Source: Candidatus Cryptobacteroides sp.
GTDB taxonomy: Bacteria; Bacteroidota; Bacteroidia; Bacteroidales; UBA932
NCBI GenBank assembly: GCA_045226315.1
Contig: JBGVCF010000009.1
Span: 16,684-80,683, forward strand
Direction: 5' to 3'
DNA length: 64,000 bases
The position numbers were made by a program, and so were the translations under genes. Position 1 is the stretch's first letter, and each line of letters begins with the position of its first letter. Below, piece after piece: positions 19,550 to 29,598 of the stretch. A model generated the notes under the pieces. The model made no database searches and was not told where the DNA came from. It saw nothing but the letters and a program-made list of their open reading frames with translations.

Positions 19550-20345
19550 TTTTCAAGCCCAACATACCCGGTTTATTCCAGGCATACGGCGGACGTAATA
19601 TGCCCTGACAATGTCGGGCCCAACGCGTCCAGCGTTTGAAGTTCCTGGCTCTCAAGTGGGTAACCAGCCGGATGGTGCGGGAACGTTTCTTCAAATGACG
19701 CTCCCAGCCCAAAGCCAGGCGGTCCTGATCCTGGAAACGCGCCTCAATGCGTCCCATGTCAAAATACCCTAGATGGAATAGGTATAAATCCTTAACAATA
19801 TGGAAGTTGCGCCCGCGTACGCGGTGGAAGCCGCTCCCCCATTCCAGGGGTTCCGCCAGGATACAGGCCTTGGTATAGCGCGTGCCCAGCTGGGCATAAT
19901 GCCTTTGGCACAGGAAAGGCTCCGTCTCATGGATGTCATCCTCCTCCCCCAGTTTCTGTCCCACATCCAGGCCCAGCGCTGAAGCACAGACCCGGATGTC
20001 CAGGCCGGACAGGAAGGCCGGCAGGTTTTTCCCCAGTTCCGGATCCGGGACCAGGAATTCATCGGCATCCGTGCCAATCACCAGTTCATACCCGGCGGCG
20101 AACAATTCGGCCGCCTTGGCGCTTAAAACCGCCACCCGGCCTTTGTCGTTGGAGACCACATCCGTACCCACTTTGGGTAGGCAGACGCTGTGGGTTCCTT
20201 CACAGAAAGGAGGATTGGACTGGTCCAGGCCGTCGAAAAAAATATACAGGTTCTCTTTTCCCAACTGTCCACCATAATATTCCACCCACTTGCGCAGGTA
20301 GAAGTCGTCGTTGCGGACCATGGTAAGGGCAGCTATCCGCTTCAT
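19509..20345 (-). CDS. GT-A fold glycosyltransferase (family 2-like)
   Basis: LTMVRND, DGLD, DADEFL and GFH motifs. Confidence 0.7.
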   Translation of the reverse strand: MKRIAALTMVRNDDFYLRKWVEYYGGQLGKENLYIFFDGLDQSNPPFCEGTHSVCLPKVGTDVVSNDKGRVAVLSAKAAELFAAGYELVIGTDADEFLVPDPELGKNLPAFLSGLDIRVCASALGLDVGQKLGEEDDIHETEPFLCQRHYAQLGTRYTKACILAEPLEWGSGFHRVRGRNFHIVKDLYLFHLGYFDMGRIEARFQDQDRLALGWERHLKKRSRTIRLVTHLRARNFKRWTRWARHCQGILRPPYAWNKPGMLGLKIIVRIPDRFQHLL

Positions 20346-23134
20346 ACGCGCAGATATTGGGCTGTGAACGTATCTCCCTCGGCCATCAGGCGTTCCGGCG
20401 TTCCGGCAAACACCACTTCCCCGCCCTTGTCGCCGGCGTCCGGTCCCAGGTCGATCACCCAGTCGGCGCTGCGGATTACATCCAGGTTGTGTTCCACCAC
20501 AATCACCGTGTGTCCCTTGCCGATGAGCACGTCAAATGCCCGCAGGAGTTTTTCTACATCGTAGAAATGCAGGCCGGTGGTGGGTTCGTCGAAGATGAAC
20601 AGGATACGCTCCCTGCCTCCTTCGGCCAGCGAGAGGAAATAGGCCAGCTTGATTCGCTGGCTTTCGCCGCCGGAAAGCGTGCTGGAAGGCTGCCCCAGCT
20701 TGATATAACCCAGGCCCACATCCACCAGGGGCTGGAGTTTGTCGGCAATGGTCTGGGCGGCTGATTCCTTCTGCGCCCGGAAGAAAGCAATGGCCTGGTC
20801 CACGCTCATATTCAGGATATCGTCCACGTTCAGGCCCTGGTAACGCACTTCCAGGATTTCAGGCTTGAAGCGCTTGCCGCCGCAGCTTTCGCACACCATG
20901 GTGACATCGGCCATGAATTGCATGCCGATTTTCACAAAGCCGTCGCCCTGGCATTCCGGGCAGCGTCCGCCGTCCTGGTTGAAGGAGAAGTAACTGGGTG
21001 TAAAGCCGTTAATCCGGGCATATTGTTGGTCGCTCAGGAGCTTGCGGATATCGTCGTATACTTTTAAATAGGTAACGGCGTTGGAGCGGGAACTCCGGCC
21101 GATGGGATTCTGGTCCACATATTCCACCCGGGAGATGCGGTTCAGGTTGCCGGCCAGTCCCTTGAAGGTACCGGGAAGGTCGCCTGTCTCGTTCAGGAGC
21201 CGATGCATGGCCGGATACAGGATGTCGCCTACCAGGGAGCTCTTTCCGCTACCGGAAACGCCGGTAACCACCGTAAAGGCATTCAGCGGGAACTGTACAT
21301 CAATGTCCTTGAGGTTGTTCTGCATGGCCCCCTGCACGGTGATGGAATACTGCCAGGGGTTCTTCTCCCGCACATATTGCTTGCGGATACCCGCCAGATA
21401 TTGCAGCGTCAGAGAACGTTCGGTCGCCCCGGACACCTTCGAAGGATCTCCCTGGAACACTACCTCGCCGCCGTTCACGCCGGCCTTAGGTCCCAGGTCT
21501 ATCAGGCAGTCCGCCGCCCGGATAATCTCCGCATCGTGCTCCACTACCACCACAGTATTGCCAATGTCGCGCAGGCGTTTGAGCACGGCAATGAGCCGGT
21601 CCGTATCCCTGGGATGCAGGCCGATGGAAGGTTCGTCCAGAATGTATAGGGAACCCACCAGGGAGCTGCCCAGGGCCGTTACCAGGTTCACCCGCTGGCT
21701 TTCACCGCCGGAAAGTGTATTCATGGTACGGCTCAGCGTAAGATAACCCAGGCCGACGTCCTGGATACACTGCAGGCGGTACTGGATTTCCTCGATGGCC
21801 TTCCCCGCAATCTCTCCTTCATAAGCCGTTAATTCACAATGCTGGAACCACACCAGCAGTTCATCCACTGTCATGGACAGAAGATCGTGGATGGTCTTGC
21901 CGGAAATTCTCACATACAGGGCTTCCGGGCGCAGACGGCTGCCGCCGCAGGCATGGCAGGTGGTGCGGCCGGAATATCGGCTTAGCATGTATTTGTACTG
22001 CACCTTGTAGCGGTTGCTCTCCACCCATTCGAAAAACTCGTTGATGCCCACGATGGTGGATTCATCACCCTGAACGGAACGGGCTTCCCAAAGGATGTGT
22101 TTCTGCTCCGGCGTAAGCTTACAATAAGGTTCAAAGATGGGGATGCCGTATTTCTCCGAGTTTCTCACCACCTGGTCCTTGAACCAGCCCATTTTGTCGC
22201 CGCGCCAGCAGGCAATGGCGCCATCGTAGATGTTCTTGGTCTTGTCCGGCACCACCAGGTCTTCGCTCACGCCCACAATCTTACCCAGGCCACCGCATAC
22301 GGGGCACGCGCCCAGCGGACTGTTGAAGGAGAACAAATATTCGTCCGGCTGCCGGAACGTCATTCCGTCCCGCTCAAATCTAGAGCAGAAGTGCACCAGT
22401 CCGGAAGGGCAGTAAAGCGCCATGTCGCCGCCGCCTTTGTCGAAGGCGGCCTGGATGGAACTGTGCAGACGGGTGCGCAGGTCTTCGTCCAACGGACCGG
22501 TGGTCTTCACGCGGTCCACCAGCAGCATCAATCCGGCGGGATAGTGGCCGTCCAACCGCATGACTTCCTCAATGGGGTAAATCTTGCTTTCGGCCGGAGA
22601 AAAAAGGCGGCCGTACCCTTCTTCTTTTAGGGCCAGCATCAGCTCCACCTTGTCCTCGCGCGTGTCCCAATGTAAATCGGCCAGGATATAATAGGCGCCC
22701 GGAGCCGACAAGGCTTCCAGGACGTCCTGCACCGTATGGGCCCTCACCTCTTCCCCGCTCACGGGCGAATATGTGCGGCCGATACGGGCGAAGAGGATGC
22801 GCAGATAGTCGTAGATTTCCGTAGTGGTGGCCACTGTGGAACGGGGATTCCGGATGTTCACGCGCTGCTCGATGGCGATAGCCGGCGGAATGCCCTCGAT
22901 ATTTTCCACGTCCGGTTTCACCATGCGGCCCAGGAACTGGCGGGCATAGGACGAAAGGCTCTCCGCGAAGCGGCGCTGCCCTTCGGCAAAGAGCGTGTCA
23001 AATGCCAGGGAGCTCTTCCCGCTGCCGGAAACGCCGGTAATTACAACCAGCCGGTTACGGGGAATCTCCACCGTAATGTCCTTCAGGTTGTTTACACGGG
23101 CCTTTTTGACCAGGATATTTCCTTCTGCGGGCAT
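20342..23134 (-). CDS. uvrA: Excinuclease ABC subunit A
   Basis: Two ABC modules (GVSGSGKS twice, LSGGESQR twice, DEPS/DEPT) and Zn fingers CPVCGG, CHACGG, CPECQG and CESCGG. Confidence 0.93.
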   Translation of the reverse strand: MPAEGNILVKKARVNNLKDITVEIPRNRLVVITGVSGSGKSSLAFDTLFAEGQRRFAESLSSYARQFLGRMVKPDVENIEGIPPAIAIEQRVNIRNPRSTVATTTEIYDYLRILFARIGRTYSPVSGEEVRAHTVQDVLEALSAPGAYYILADLHWDTREDKVELMLALKEEGYGRLFSPAESKIYPIEEVMRLDGHYPAGLMLLVDRVKTTGPLDEDLRTRLHSSIQAAFDKGGGDMALYCPSGLVHFCSRFERDGMTFRQPDEYLFSFNSPLGACPVCGGLGKIVGVSEDLVVPDKTKNIYDGAIACWRGDKMGWFKDQVVRNSEKYGIPIFEPYCKLTPEQKHILWEARSVQGDESTIVGINEFFEWVESNRYKVQYKYMLSRYSGRTTCHACGGSRLRPEALYVRISGKTIHDLLSMTVDELLVWFQHCELTAYEGEIAGKAIEEIQYRLQCIQDVGLGYLTLSRTMNTLSGGESQRVNLVTALGSSLVGSLYILDEPSIGLHPRDTDRLIAVLKRLRDIGNTVVVVEHDAEIIRAADCLIDLGPKAGVNGGEVVFQGDPSKVSGATERSLTLQYLAGIRKQYVREKNPWQYSITVQGAMQNNLKDIDVQFPLNAFTVVTGVSGSGKSSLVGDILYPAMHRLLNETGDLPGTFKGLAGNLNRISRVEYVDQNPIGRSSRSNAVTYLKVYDDIRKLLSDQQYARINGFTPSYFSFNQDGGRCPECQGDGFVKIGMQFMADVTMVCESCGGKRFKPEILEVRYQGLNVDDILNMSVDQAIAFFRAQKESAAQTIADKLQPLVDVGLGYIKLGQPSSTLSGGESQRIKLAYFLSLAEGGRERILFIFDEPTTGLHFYDVEKLLRAFDVLIGKGHTVIVVEHNLDVIRSADWVIDLGPDAGDKGGEVVFAGTPERLMAEGDTFTAQYLRV

Positions 23135-23138
23135 AGCG

Positions 23139-23765
23139 CTATGAAACGATTTCCAATTGTTCCGGCGGAATATAGGACGTGGCCACGGCTATGACGCCTT
23201 CGATGCACACCAGCAGCCGACGGTCGCGGCGGATGCGCTTGATGTAGCCTTCGGCGCCTTTCATCGGCCCGGAAGTCACCCGCACGCGCGATCCTTCTTT
23301 ATAACGCGTGATATCGTCATCGGCAAAGAATTCCAAACCTCCGGCGCCGGATTCCACCACCAGACGGAACTGTTCCATCTGTTTTGCAGGGATGGTGGCG
23401 AAGGTTGAGAAATCGGGCGTCTTGTACACGAAACCTCCCTTGATATGGTTCAGGAGGCCGGGTTCCCGGAGCTGGGTGTCGATTTCCTTGATCTGGGTTT
23501 CGGTGGCCTGTACAAAGACAAGCGAGGTTACCAGCGGTTTTCGCGCATAAATGATGGCGCCCTCCACAATATAGCGATGGTCTTTGGGGGCCGATACATC
23601 GGCCAGCTTCCTACGCGCTGCCAGGTGGGCCGCCCCTTTCAGGCGAACAGGTTGAACTGCCAGATAGGTTTCCATGCCCCGCTGCTGCAACAGGCTTTCC
23701 ATTTCGAAAACCTTGTTGTAGAACACTTTCAGCGCATACCAGTGCTGGAGCGGAGCCTCTTCCAT
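23139..23765 (-). CDS. UpxY/NusG-family transcription antiterminator
   Basis: WYALKV NGN start, [21 protein letters not shown] motif [13 protein letters not shown] and RRLLVCIEG. Confidence 0.82.
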   Translation of the reverse strand: MEEAPLQHWYALKVFYNKVFEMESLLQQRGMETYLAVQPVRLKGAAHLAARRKLADVSAPKDHRYIVEGAIIYARKPLVTSLVFVQATETQIKEIDTQLREPGLLNHIKGGFVYKTPDFSTFATIPAKQMEQFRLVVESGAGGLEFFADDDITRYKEGSRVRVTSGPMKGAEGYIKRIRRDRRLLVCIEGVIAVATSYIPPEQLEIVS

Positions 23766-23951
23766 GGATAAACAGATTAGTGAATAGCAAAAGTACGATT
23801 AATTTTCTGATTTTTGGCATTCTTTCGGCCAATTTGGCAAGCGAACCTGCCAGGTTGTCCGTTTTTTTCGCGTTTTTGGCCCTTGGTCCCGGATTTGTCT
23901 TATCCAACAGCGGAAAGTTAAACGTTAAAAAAAGAATAGGAGGTTTTAATT

Positions 23952-24377
23952 ATGTTACCTGTAAGACACAATCAGAATTGGATGCCCGACATCTTCAACG
24001 ATTTCTTTGACAATACCTGGATGGAACGCCCGAAAGCCACGGCCCCGGCCATCAACGTCCTGGAAACCCCTGAGGCCTATCAGCTGGAGCTCGCCGCTCC
24101 CGGCATGACCAAGGCCGATTTCGATATCCATCTGGACGAAGAAGGCGATCTGGTGATCAAGATGGAAAAGAAAGGCTGCGAGAACGAACAGAAGAAAGGC
24201 CACTATGTGCGCCGCGAATTCTCCTACACCAAGTTCCAGCAGACCATGCTCCTTCCCGACGATACCAATCGCGAAGCCATCAGCGCCAAGGTAGAGGACG
24301 GCGTACTCACCGTGAACCTGCCCAAGGTGAAGAAGGTGGAAGTGGAAAAAGCCAAAAAACAGATTACTATTGAGTAA
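23952..24377 (+). CDS. Hsp20/alpha-crystallin small heat-shock protein
   Basis: PAINVLE, ELAAPG, RREFSYTKF and DGVLTVNLPK. Confidence 0.92.
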   Translation: MLPVRHNQNWMPDIFNDFFDNTWMERPKATAPAINVLETPEAYQLELAAPGMTKADFDIHLDEEGDLVIKMEKKGCENEQKKGHYVRREFSYTKFQQTMLLPDDTNREAISAKVEDGVLTVNLPKVKKVEVEKAKKQITIE

Positions 24378-24402
24378 TTTTTTGAAAAAGTTTCAGGAAC
24401 CC

Positions 24403-24433
24403 CTTGCAGATTCAAAAATAGTTTGTACCTTTG
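24403..24433 (+). promoter_or_regulatory. sigmaA promoter of tRNA-Asp
   Basis: CTTG-N19-TACCTTTG. Confidence 0.75.
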
Positions 24434-24464
24434 TAATCCCGAAAGGGAAGTTCACTGAAAACTT

Positions 24465-24539
24465 GGTGCGGTAGTTCAGTCGGTTTAGAATACCGGCCTG
24501 TCACGCCGGGGGTCGCGAGTTCGAGCCTCGTCCGCACCG
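24465..24539 (+). tRNA. tRNA-Asp(GTC)
   Basis: Acceptor stem GGTGCGG/CCGCACC, anticodon arm CCGGC-ctGTCac-GCCGG and T loop GTTCGAG. CCA is not encoded. Confidence 0.96.
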
Positions 24540-24540
24540 C

Positions 24541-24584
24541 AAGAATGGAGTTTGACCATCTGGTCAGACTCCATTCTTTGTTTT
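24541..24584. terminator. Bidirectional terminator (tRNA-Asp / NSS transporter)
   Basis: AAGAATGGAGTTTGACCA-tc-TGGTCAGACTCCATTCTT, then TGTTTTG. Confidence 0.85.
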
Positions 24585-24617
24585 GTGGCAGAAGGCCAAT
24601 TATGATATAATAGATAT

Positions 24618-25985
24618 TTATTCGTGAATCTGGAAAATAGCGATGGCGAGGAGGGCTGCGGGCGCTACAAACCGGATAAGGAAGAGGATGGTCTTGAGCA
24701 GCCAGGCGGGAACGGGATGAGTTCCGCCGTTGGTGAGCTCATCAAACACCACCGCCTTACCCAGCTTCCACCCTGCAAAGATAACAATCAGCAGTCCGCC
24801 AATGAGCATTAGGAAGTCGGCCGAGATGAAATCGAATAAGTCGAAGATGGTTTTGCCCAGAATCTTCCAGTTGCTAAGCGGACCCATAGACAGGGAGCAG
24901 AGGCAGCCCAGGATCCAGATAAAGACGAAGGACACAATCACGGCCGCCTTGCGCTTCATCTTGAACTCCTCAATGCAGAAGGCCACAACCACTTCCAGCA
25001 TGGAAATGGATGAGGTGAGGGCGGCCAGCAGCAGCGCTACAAAGAAGAAGATGGCAATCACGCCACCCAGCGGCATCTGGCTGAAAATGTGCGGGAGCGT
25101 GACAAACACCAGGTCGGGACCTTCGCCGGGGCTGATGCCGAAGGCGAACACGGCCGGCATGATGGCGCAGCCGGCAATGATGGCGAAGAGCGTATCGGCC
25201 ACGGCCGTCTGTGAACTCAGCGAGATGATGTTGGCGTCTTTCTTCACGTAGGACCCGTAGGTGACCACCATGCAGGACCCCAGCGACAGCGAGAAGAAAG
25301 CCTGTCCCAGGGCTGCCAGGAAGGTTTGAGACGTCACTTTGGACCAATCCGGCTGGAACAGGAACTTGAGTCCGGGGCCGCTGCCGGGAAGGGTCATGGA
25401 ACGGACGGCAATGCCGATGATGATGAGAAACAGCAGCGGCATCATCACCTTGGAGAACTTTTCAATGCCATTCTGCACGCCGGCCACGACAACTCCGGCC
25501 GTCAGGGCCAGGAAGATGGTGTGGCAGAGGATAGGCAGCCAGACAGAGGAGGAGAAAGAAGAGAACATGGTCTTCAAGCTCTCCGGATCTCCTTCAGTAA
25601 AGTCGAAGCAGGCAGACTTGAAAAGGTATTCCGTGCACCAGCCACCCACCACCGAGTAAAACGAGAGGATGAAGACGCAGCAGATGACGCCCAGGACACC
25701 CACAATGCCCCAGTGGGTGCCAGGGGCCAGTTTTTGGAAAGCTTCGCGGGCGCTGGCCTGTCCCCTTCGGCCGATGATGAATTCGGCCAGCATCACCGGC
25801 AGGCCGGCCAGGATGACAAATCCCAGGTAGATGAGGATGAAGGCGGCACCGCCGTTTTCACCTACCAGGTAAGGGAAACGCCAGAGGTTCCCCAGTCCAA
25901 CGGCCGATCCGGCCATAGCGACCAGTACACCGAATGAACTGGCGAACGAATCGCGCTTTGCGGGTTGATGGATTGCGTTTTTCAT
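24618..25985 (-). CDS. Sodium-dependent transporter, NSS/SNF family
   Basis: GSAVGLGNLWRFPY, GGAAF, ALGQAFFSLSLG and LFFVALLLAALTSSIS. Confidence 0.93.
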   Translation of the reverse strand: MKNAIHQPAKRDSFASSFGVLVAMAGSAVGLGNLWRFPYLVGENGGAAFILIYLGFVILAGLPVMLAEFIIGRRGQASAREAFQKLAPGTHWGIVGVLGVICCVFILSFYSVVGGWCTEYLFKSACFDFTEGDPESLKTMFSSFSSSVWLPILCHTIFLALTAGVVVAGVQNGIEKFSKVMMPLLFLIIIGIAVRSMTLPGSGPGLKFLFQPDWSKVTSQTFLAALGQAFFSLSLGSCMVVTYGSYVKKDANIISLSSQTAVADTLFAIIAGCAIMPAVFAFGISPGEGPDLVFVTLPHIFSQMPLGGVIAIFFFVALLLAALTSSISMLEVVVAFCIEEFKMKRKAAVIVSFVFIWILGCLCSLSMGPLSNWKILGKTIFDLFDFISADFLMLIGGLLIVIFAGWKLGKAVVFDELTNGGTHPVPAWLLKTILFLIRFVAPAALLAIAIFQIHE

Positions 25986-26000
25986 AGGTACTATAGTATT

Positions 26001-26075
26001 TTAGCTGTTGCAGAGAAAACTCTCAGAAATCAATCTGACGGAGAAGGTCTCCGGGGCAACATAGTTCTCTTTCAT
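26001..26075 (-). CDS. Unannotated 24-aa peptide MKENYVAPETFSVRLISESFLCNS
   Basis: Read by hand on the minus strand: ATG at 26075 after an A-rich initiation region (CGAAAAA), TAA at 26003-26001, 15 nt before the transporter ATG. Confidence 0.6.
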   Translation of the reverse strand: MKENYVAPETFSVRLISESFLCNS

Positions 26076-26128
26076 TTTTTCGTTTTACAAATTCTGACGA
26101 TATTCTGCGGGGAAGCGCGAATGGCCAG

Positions 26129-26977
26129 TTATTTTAACATTTTCTTGGCAAGCAGCCCCAGGAAGAACCGCTCCGAGACGGAAAGTGTCTGCACCATTCC
26201 CAGGAAGATGATGTCCAGGGCAGCGTATTTACGGCAGTCCTTGAGGAATGCATCCATATTGTCAGGGCCGTTGTATTCTTTGGCGAACGCATTCCAGAAC
26301 TGAACCAGTTGTTTGTCGCTCATATGGGCGATTGCCTGCACGCGATCCTTTTTACCGAAAATGTTGCAGAACAGGAAAAAGTGCCCCAGGTCGAATTGCG
26401 GGATGCCGTGGGAGGCGCGGCCCAGGTCTATCCAATAAGGCTTTTCATCGGCCAGGATGAGGTTTCCCATCTGGAGGTCTCCGTGCAGAAGATGGTCGCT
26501 TTCGGGAATGGACTTCACGAACTCGATGAGCCGATCCTTTGCCTTCCCACTGATCAAAGTGGTGTTCACTGCCGCTTTCAGCATCACCTCTTTTTGGGAC
26601 GGAATCCACTGGCTGTCATTTACCTTCACGGAATGGAAAGATTTGAGGAGCTGCGCCATCTGGATGGCGTGGGCATCGATGGAGGAAGGATCGTCGGCGC
26701 AAAGACGGGAGAAAGATTTCTTGCCGATGATGTTCTGGCACTTAATACCGTAATTCTCCCCTACTTTCACAATTTCGTACATCTCGGGACAAGGGACGCC
26801 GGCATCAAAGACGGCCTTCGCTGTATAATACTCCTCTTGGATGGTTTTTTCAGTTGTGTCAAGGGTGTTGACTTTCAGCAGAACACCAGGTTCGGCATCA
26901 TTTACATAAGCGGCGCCATTACCGCCCTCGCCCACCTGTTTCCAGGCGGAAAGGTCAATTTGGGGATAAGTTTTCAT
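26129..26977 (-). CDS. APH/choline-kinase-like phosphotransferase (TIGR02172-like)
   Basis: GEGGNG loop, LLKV, Brenner motif HGDLQMGN and IDLG. Confidence 0.75.
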   Translation of the reverse strand: MKTYPQIDLSAWKQVGEGGNGAAYVNDAEPGVLLKVNTLDTTEKTIQEEYYTAKAVFDAGVPCPEMYEIVKVGENYGIKCQNIIGKKSFSRLCADDPSSIDAHAIQMAQLLKSFHSVKVNDSQWIPSQKEVMLKAAVNTTLISGKAKDRLIEFVKSIPESDHLLHGDLQMGNLILADEKPYWIDLGRASHGIPQFDLGHFFLFCNIFGKKDRVQAIAHMSDKQLVQFWNAFAKEYNGPDNMDAFLKDCRKYAALDIIFLGMVQTLSVSERFFLGLLAKKMLK

Positions 26978-26998
26978 TTTAAAAATATATATTCTTTG

Positions 26999-28372
26999 TT
27001 AAGCGTTTACGGGTTTCAGATGCTTTTTCCTCACGTGGATGTAGATGAGTCCCTGAATCAGGATGCAGAGGGAGTAGACGCCATCGGCCGTCCAGCAGAG
27101 GGCCATATCGGATTTAAGGATGCCGATGATGATGGTGCAATAAACGGCATAGATGGCCAGGGCCACCACGTCGAAGCGAAGGCATACCTTGGTGTCTCCC
27201 GTTCCGGCCACTGACTGCAGATATACATTCCACGGCAGCGTTACGAGGGTTGCCGCGCACATCACCCAGAGCGTAGGAACGGAACCCTGAATCAGGGAAG
27301 GGATATCAGTGAACAGGCCGATGATCATGTGCGGGCAAAGGGCGAAGAAAGCCAGCAGCGGCAGCATGGTCAAAGAGCAGAGCAGAATCACCCGGCGCAT
27401 GACGGGAACCACGCCCTCCGGGTGGCCTTCTCCTATGATATTGCTCACCAGTGAGGCCGATGTAGAGGCAAACGCCGCCGAGAAAACAAACGGCACTTCG
27501 GAAATGCTCCGGACGATGTTGGCAATGGCCAGTTGCTCTTCACCCAGGTGCTCGATAAAGAGGAAGAAAAGCAGCCACACGGAGACATTCAGCACATACT
27601 CGACCATCACCCACGAGGCAGTGGCGAACGTATGCTTGAGTTCCTTCCAAACGGGTTTGACAGGCTTCTGCAGGGCATATTTCTTATCGGCCGTGATGGC
27701 GGTCCAAATCACGAAGAATAAAAATGAAATGCCCTCCGAGATAGTGGAGGCCAAGGCTGCGCCCTTGATGCCCATGGCCGGCAGGCCTGCATGGCCGAAG
27801 ATGAGGATCCAGTCCAGCAGGATATTGCTGGCTACCAACACTATGGAATTCCAGGTGAGGCAGGCTGTATTCCAGGTCCCTACGTAGAAAGCACGGTACA
27901 GCGCTGTCATGAAGGCAAAGAACAGCCCCGGGACACGCCAGTCCACATAGACGATGGCCGCTTCATATATGTTCTCCGATTTCAGCAGTGACTGAAGAAT
28001 AGGCGGAGACAGGAAGTATGACAGAACCATGGTCACCAGCGATAGCGCCGCCAGAAACCAGACTCCCTGCCAGAAGACACGTCCGATGGAATCAAAACCT
28101 TTCCCGTTCTTTTCGTAAGCCTCTCCGTTGCGCCGGCCGATGATGATCTGAACACCGATGGAGAAACCGAAGCCCAGCATGTACAGGATGTTGAAGTATA
28201 CGCCTGCAACAGCAGAGGCACCCAGTTCAACCTCCCCCACACGGCCCAGGAAGGCTGTATCGGTCATCCCCAGCAGCTCTTCCATTACAAGAGCCACCAG
28301 GATGGGGAAAGTGATCCTCCAGATAGACTTGTAAGAATAACGTTTCGGAAGTCTATATGACAATTCTGACAT
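26999..28372 (-). CDS. MATE-family efflux transporter
   Basis: TDTAFLGRVG, NILLDWILIFG and GIKGAALAS, with about 12 hydrophobic segments. Confidence 0.92.
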   Translation of the reverse strand: MSELSYRLPKRYSYKSIWRITFPILVALVMEELLGMTDTAFLGRVGEVELGASAVAGVYFNILYMLGFGFSIGVQIIIGRRNGEAYEKNGKGFDSIGRVFWQGVWFLAALSLVTMVLSYFLSPPILQSLLKSENIYEAAIVYVDWRVPGLFFAFMTALYRAFYVGTWNTACLTWNSIVLVASNILLDWILIFGHAGLPAMGIKGAALASTISEGISFLFFVIWTAITADKKYALQKPVKPVWKELKHTFATASWVMVEYVLNVSVWLLFFLFIEHLGEEQLAIANIVRSISEVPFVFSAAFASTSASLVSNIIGEGHPEGVVPVMRRVILLCSLTMLPLLAFFALCPHMIIGLFTDIPSLIQGSVPTLWVMCAATLVTLPWNVYLQSVAGTGDTKVCLRFDVVALAIYAVYCTIIIGILKSDMALCWTADGVYSLCILIQGLIYIHVRKKHLKPVNA

Positions 28373-28476
28373 GTATTGATTCCATTTAGGCTATAGCAAA
28401 TATATGAATTATTTTGTAACTTCTTTTCCCATTTTTTCTTAATTTTGTGTTTTAATAAACACTAAACACTTACTAA

Positions 28477-29598
28477 GTGAACAACAGATCGTTTTCAAGC
28501 AGGTTGAGTTGGAGGATCATCCGTACTGTTTCGGCCATTTTCCTCGCTTCTTTCATCATTATTGGGCTTGTTTTCCAATATGTCATCACCAATGAAAACC
28601 GAAGTTCGGCCTCGCTGATACTAATCCTGAGCCTACTGCTTGTGGGCATCGTAGGTTTGGTTATCGTGTTTTTCGTCTGCCGCCGCGAGATTCGCCGGAT
28701 GACGCGTCCTATCACGGAACTTTCGGTATCGGCCCTGAATATGGCCAAGGGTAACTTCAAGGCCAAATTGCCGGAAATCAGCAGCAAGGATGAGATGCTG
28801 CGCCTGAGAGACAGCTTCATTTTCCTCCAGAACTCCATCTCTGATTATATCGGCCAGCTCAAGACCACCAAGAGCGACAACGAACGCATGGAGTCGGAAC
28901 TCAACGTGGCCCGCACTATCCAGATGGGCATGCTCAGCACCAACTTCCCGCCGCAGCTCCATGCCATGCTGAAACCCGCCAAGGAAGTGGGCGGAGACCT
29001 TTACGACTTTATCCGCAAGGGCGACGTGCTTCATTTCGCCGTGGGCGATGTCAGCGGCAAGGGTGTTCCTGCTTCGCTGGTGATGTCCATCACCCGTGCC
29101 ATGCTACATTTCGTAGCCACCCTGGACCTGCCGCTCAATGAATCTGTCAGCCGTATTAACAATAGCGTGGCCGATTCCAACAGTAACGACATGTTTGTCA
29201 CCCTCTTCATCGGCCGCATCAATCTGAAGACGCTCCAGATGGACTACTGCAATGCCGGTCACAATCCGCCGGTCCTCATTCTGCCCGATGGGAAGCCTCA
29301 ATTCCTCCCGGTCAAAAGCAATCTGGCAGCAGGCTTCCTGGAGCAGTTCCCCTACGAGGACGAACACATCGACCTTGTGCCGGGCACCCGTCTTGTGGCC
29401 TACACCGACGGCGTCACCGAAGCAGAGAATAGCCGCCTGGAACTTTACGGAGAAGACAGGCTCATGGAGGACATCGCGCAACTTAAGGCCGATATGGATG
29501 AGAAAACCGTTGTGGATCACATCTATCACTCTGTGAAAGCCTTCACTGGCAATCACCCGCAAAGCGATGACATCACGATAATGAGCATTAAGGTATGA
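28477..29598 (+). CDS. Membrane PP2C/SpoIIE phosphatase with HAMP domain
   Basis: GTG start, two TM helices and HAMP, then EVGGDLYD, AVGDVSGKG, NAGHNPP, YTDGVTEA and QSDDIT. Confidence 0.88.
   Translation: MNNRSFSSRLSWRIIRTVSAIFLASFIIIGLVFQYVITNENRSSASLILILSLLLVGIVGLVIVFFVCRREIRRMTRPITELSVSALNMAKGNFKAKLPEISSKDEMLRLRDSFIFLQNSISDYIGQLKTTKSDNERMESELNVARTIQMGMLSTNFPPQLHAMLKPAKEVGGDLYDFIRKGDVLHFAVGDVSGKGVPASLVMSITRAMLHFVATLDLPLNESVSRINNSVADSNSNDMFVTLFIGRINLKTLQMDYCNAGHNPPVLILPDGKPQFLPVKSNLAAGFLEQFPYEDEHIDLVPGTRLVAYTDGVTEAENSRLELYGEDRLMEDIAQLKADMDEKTVVDHIYHSVKAFTGNHPQSDDITIMSIKV

Noticed and set aside
24465-24620. tRNA-Asp as an island integration site
   Set aside because: No integrase and no duplicated tRNA 3' end was seen in the window.
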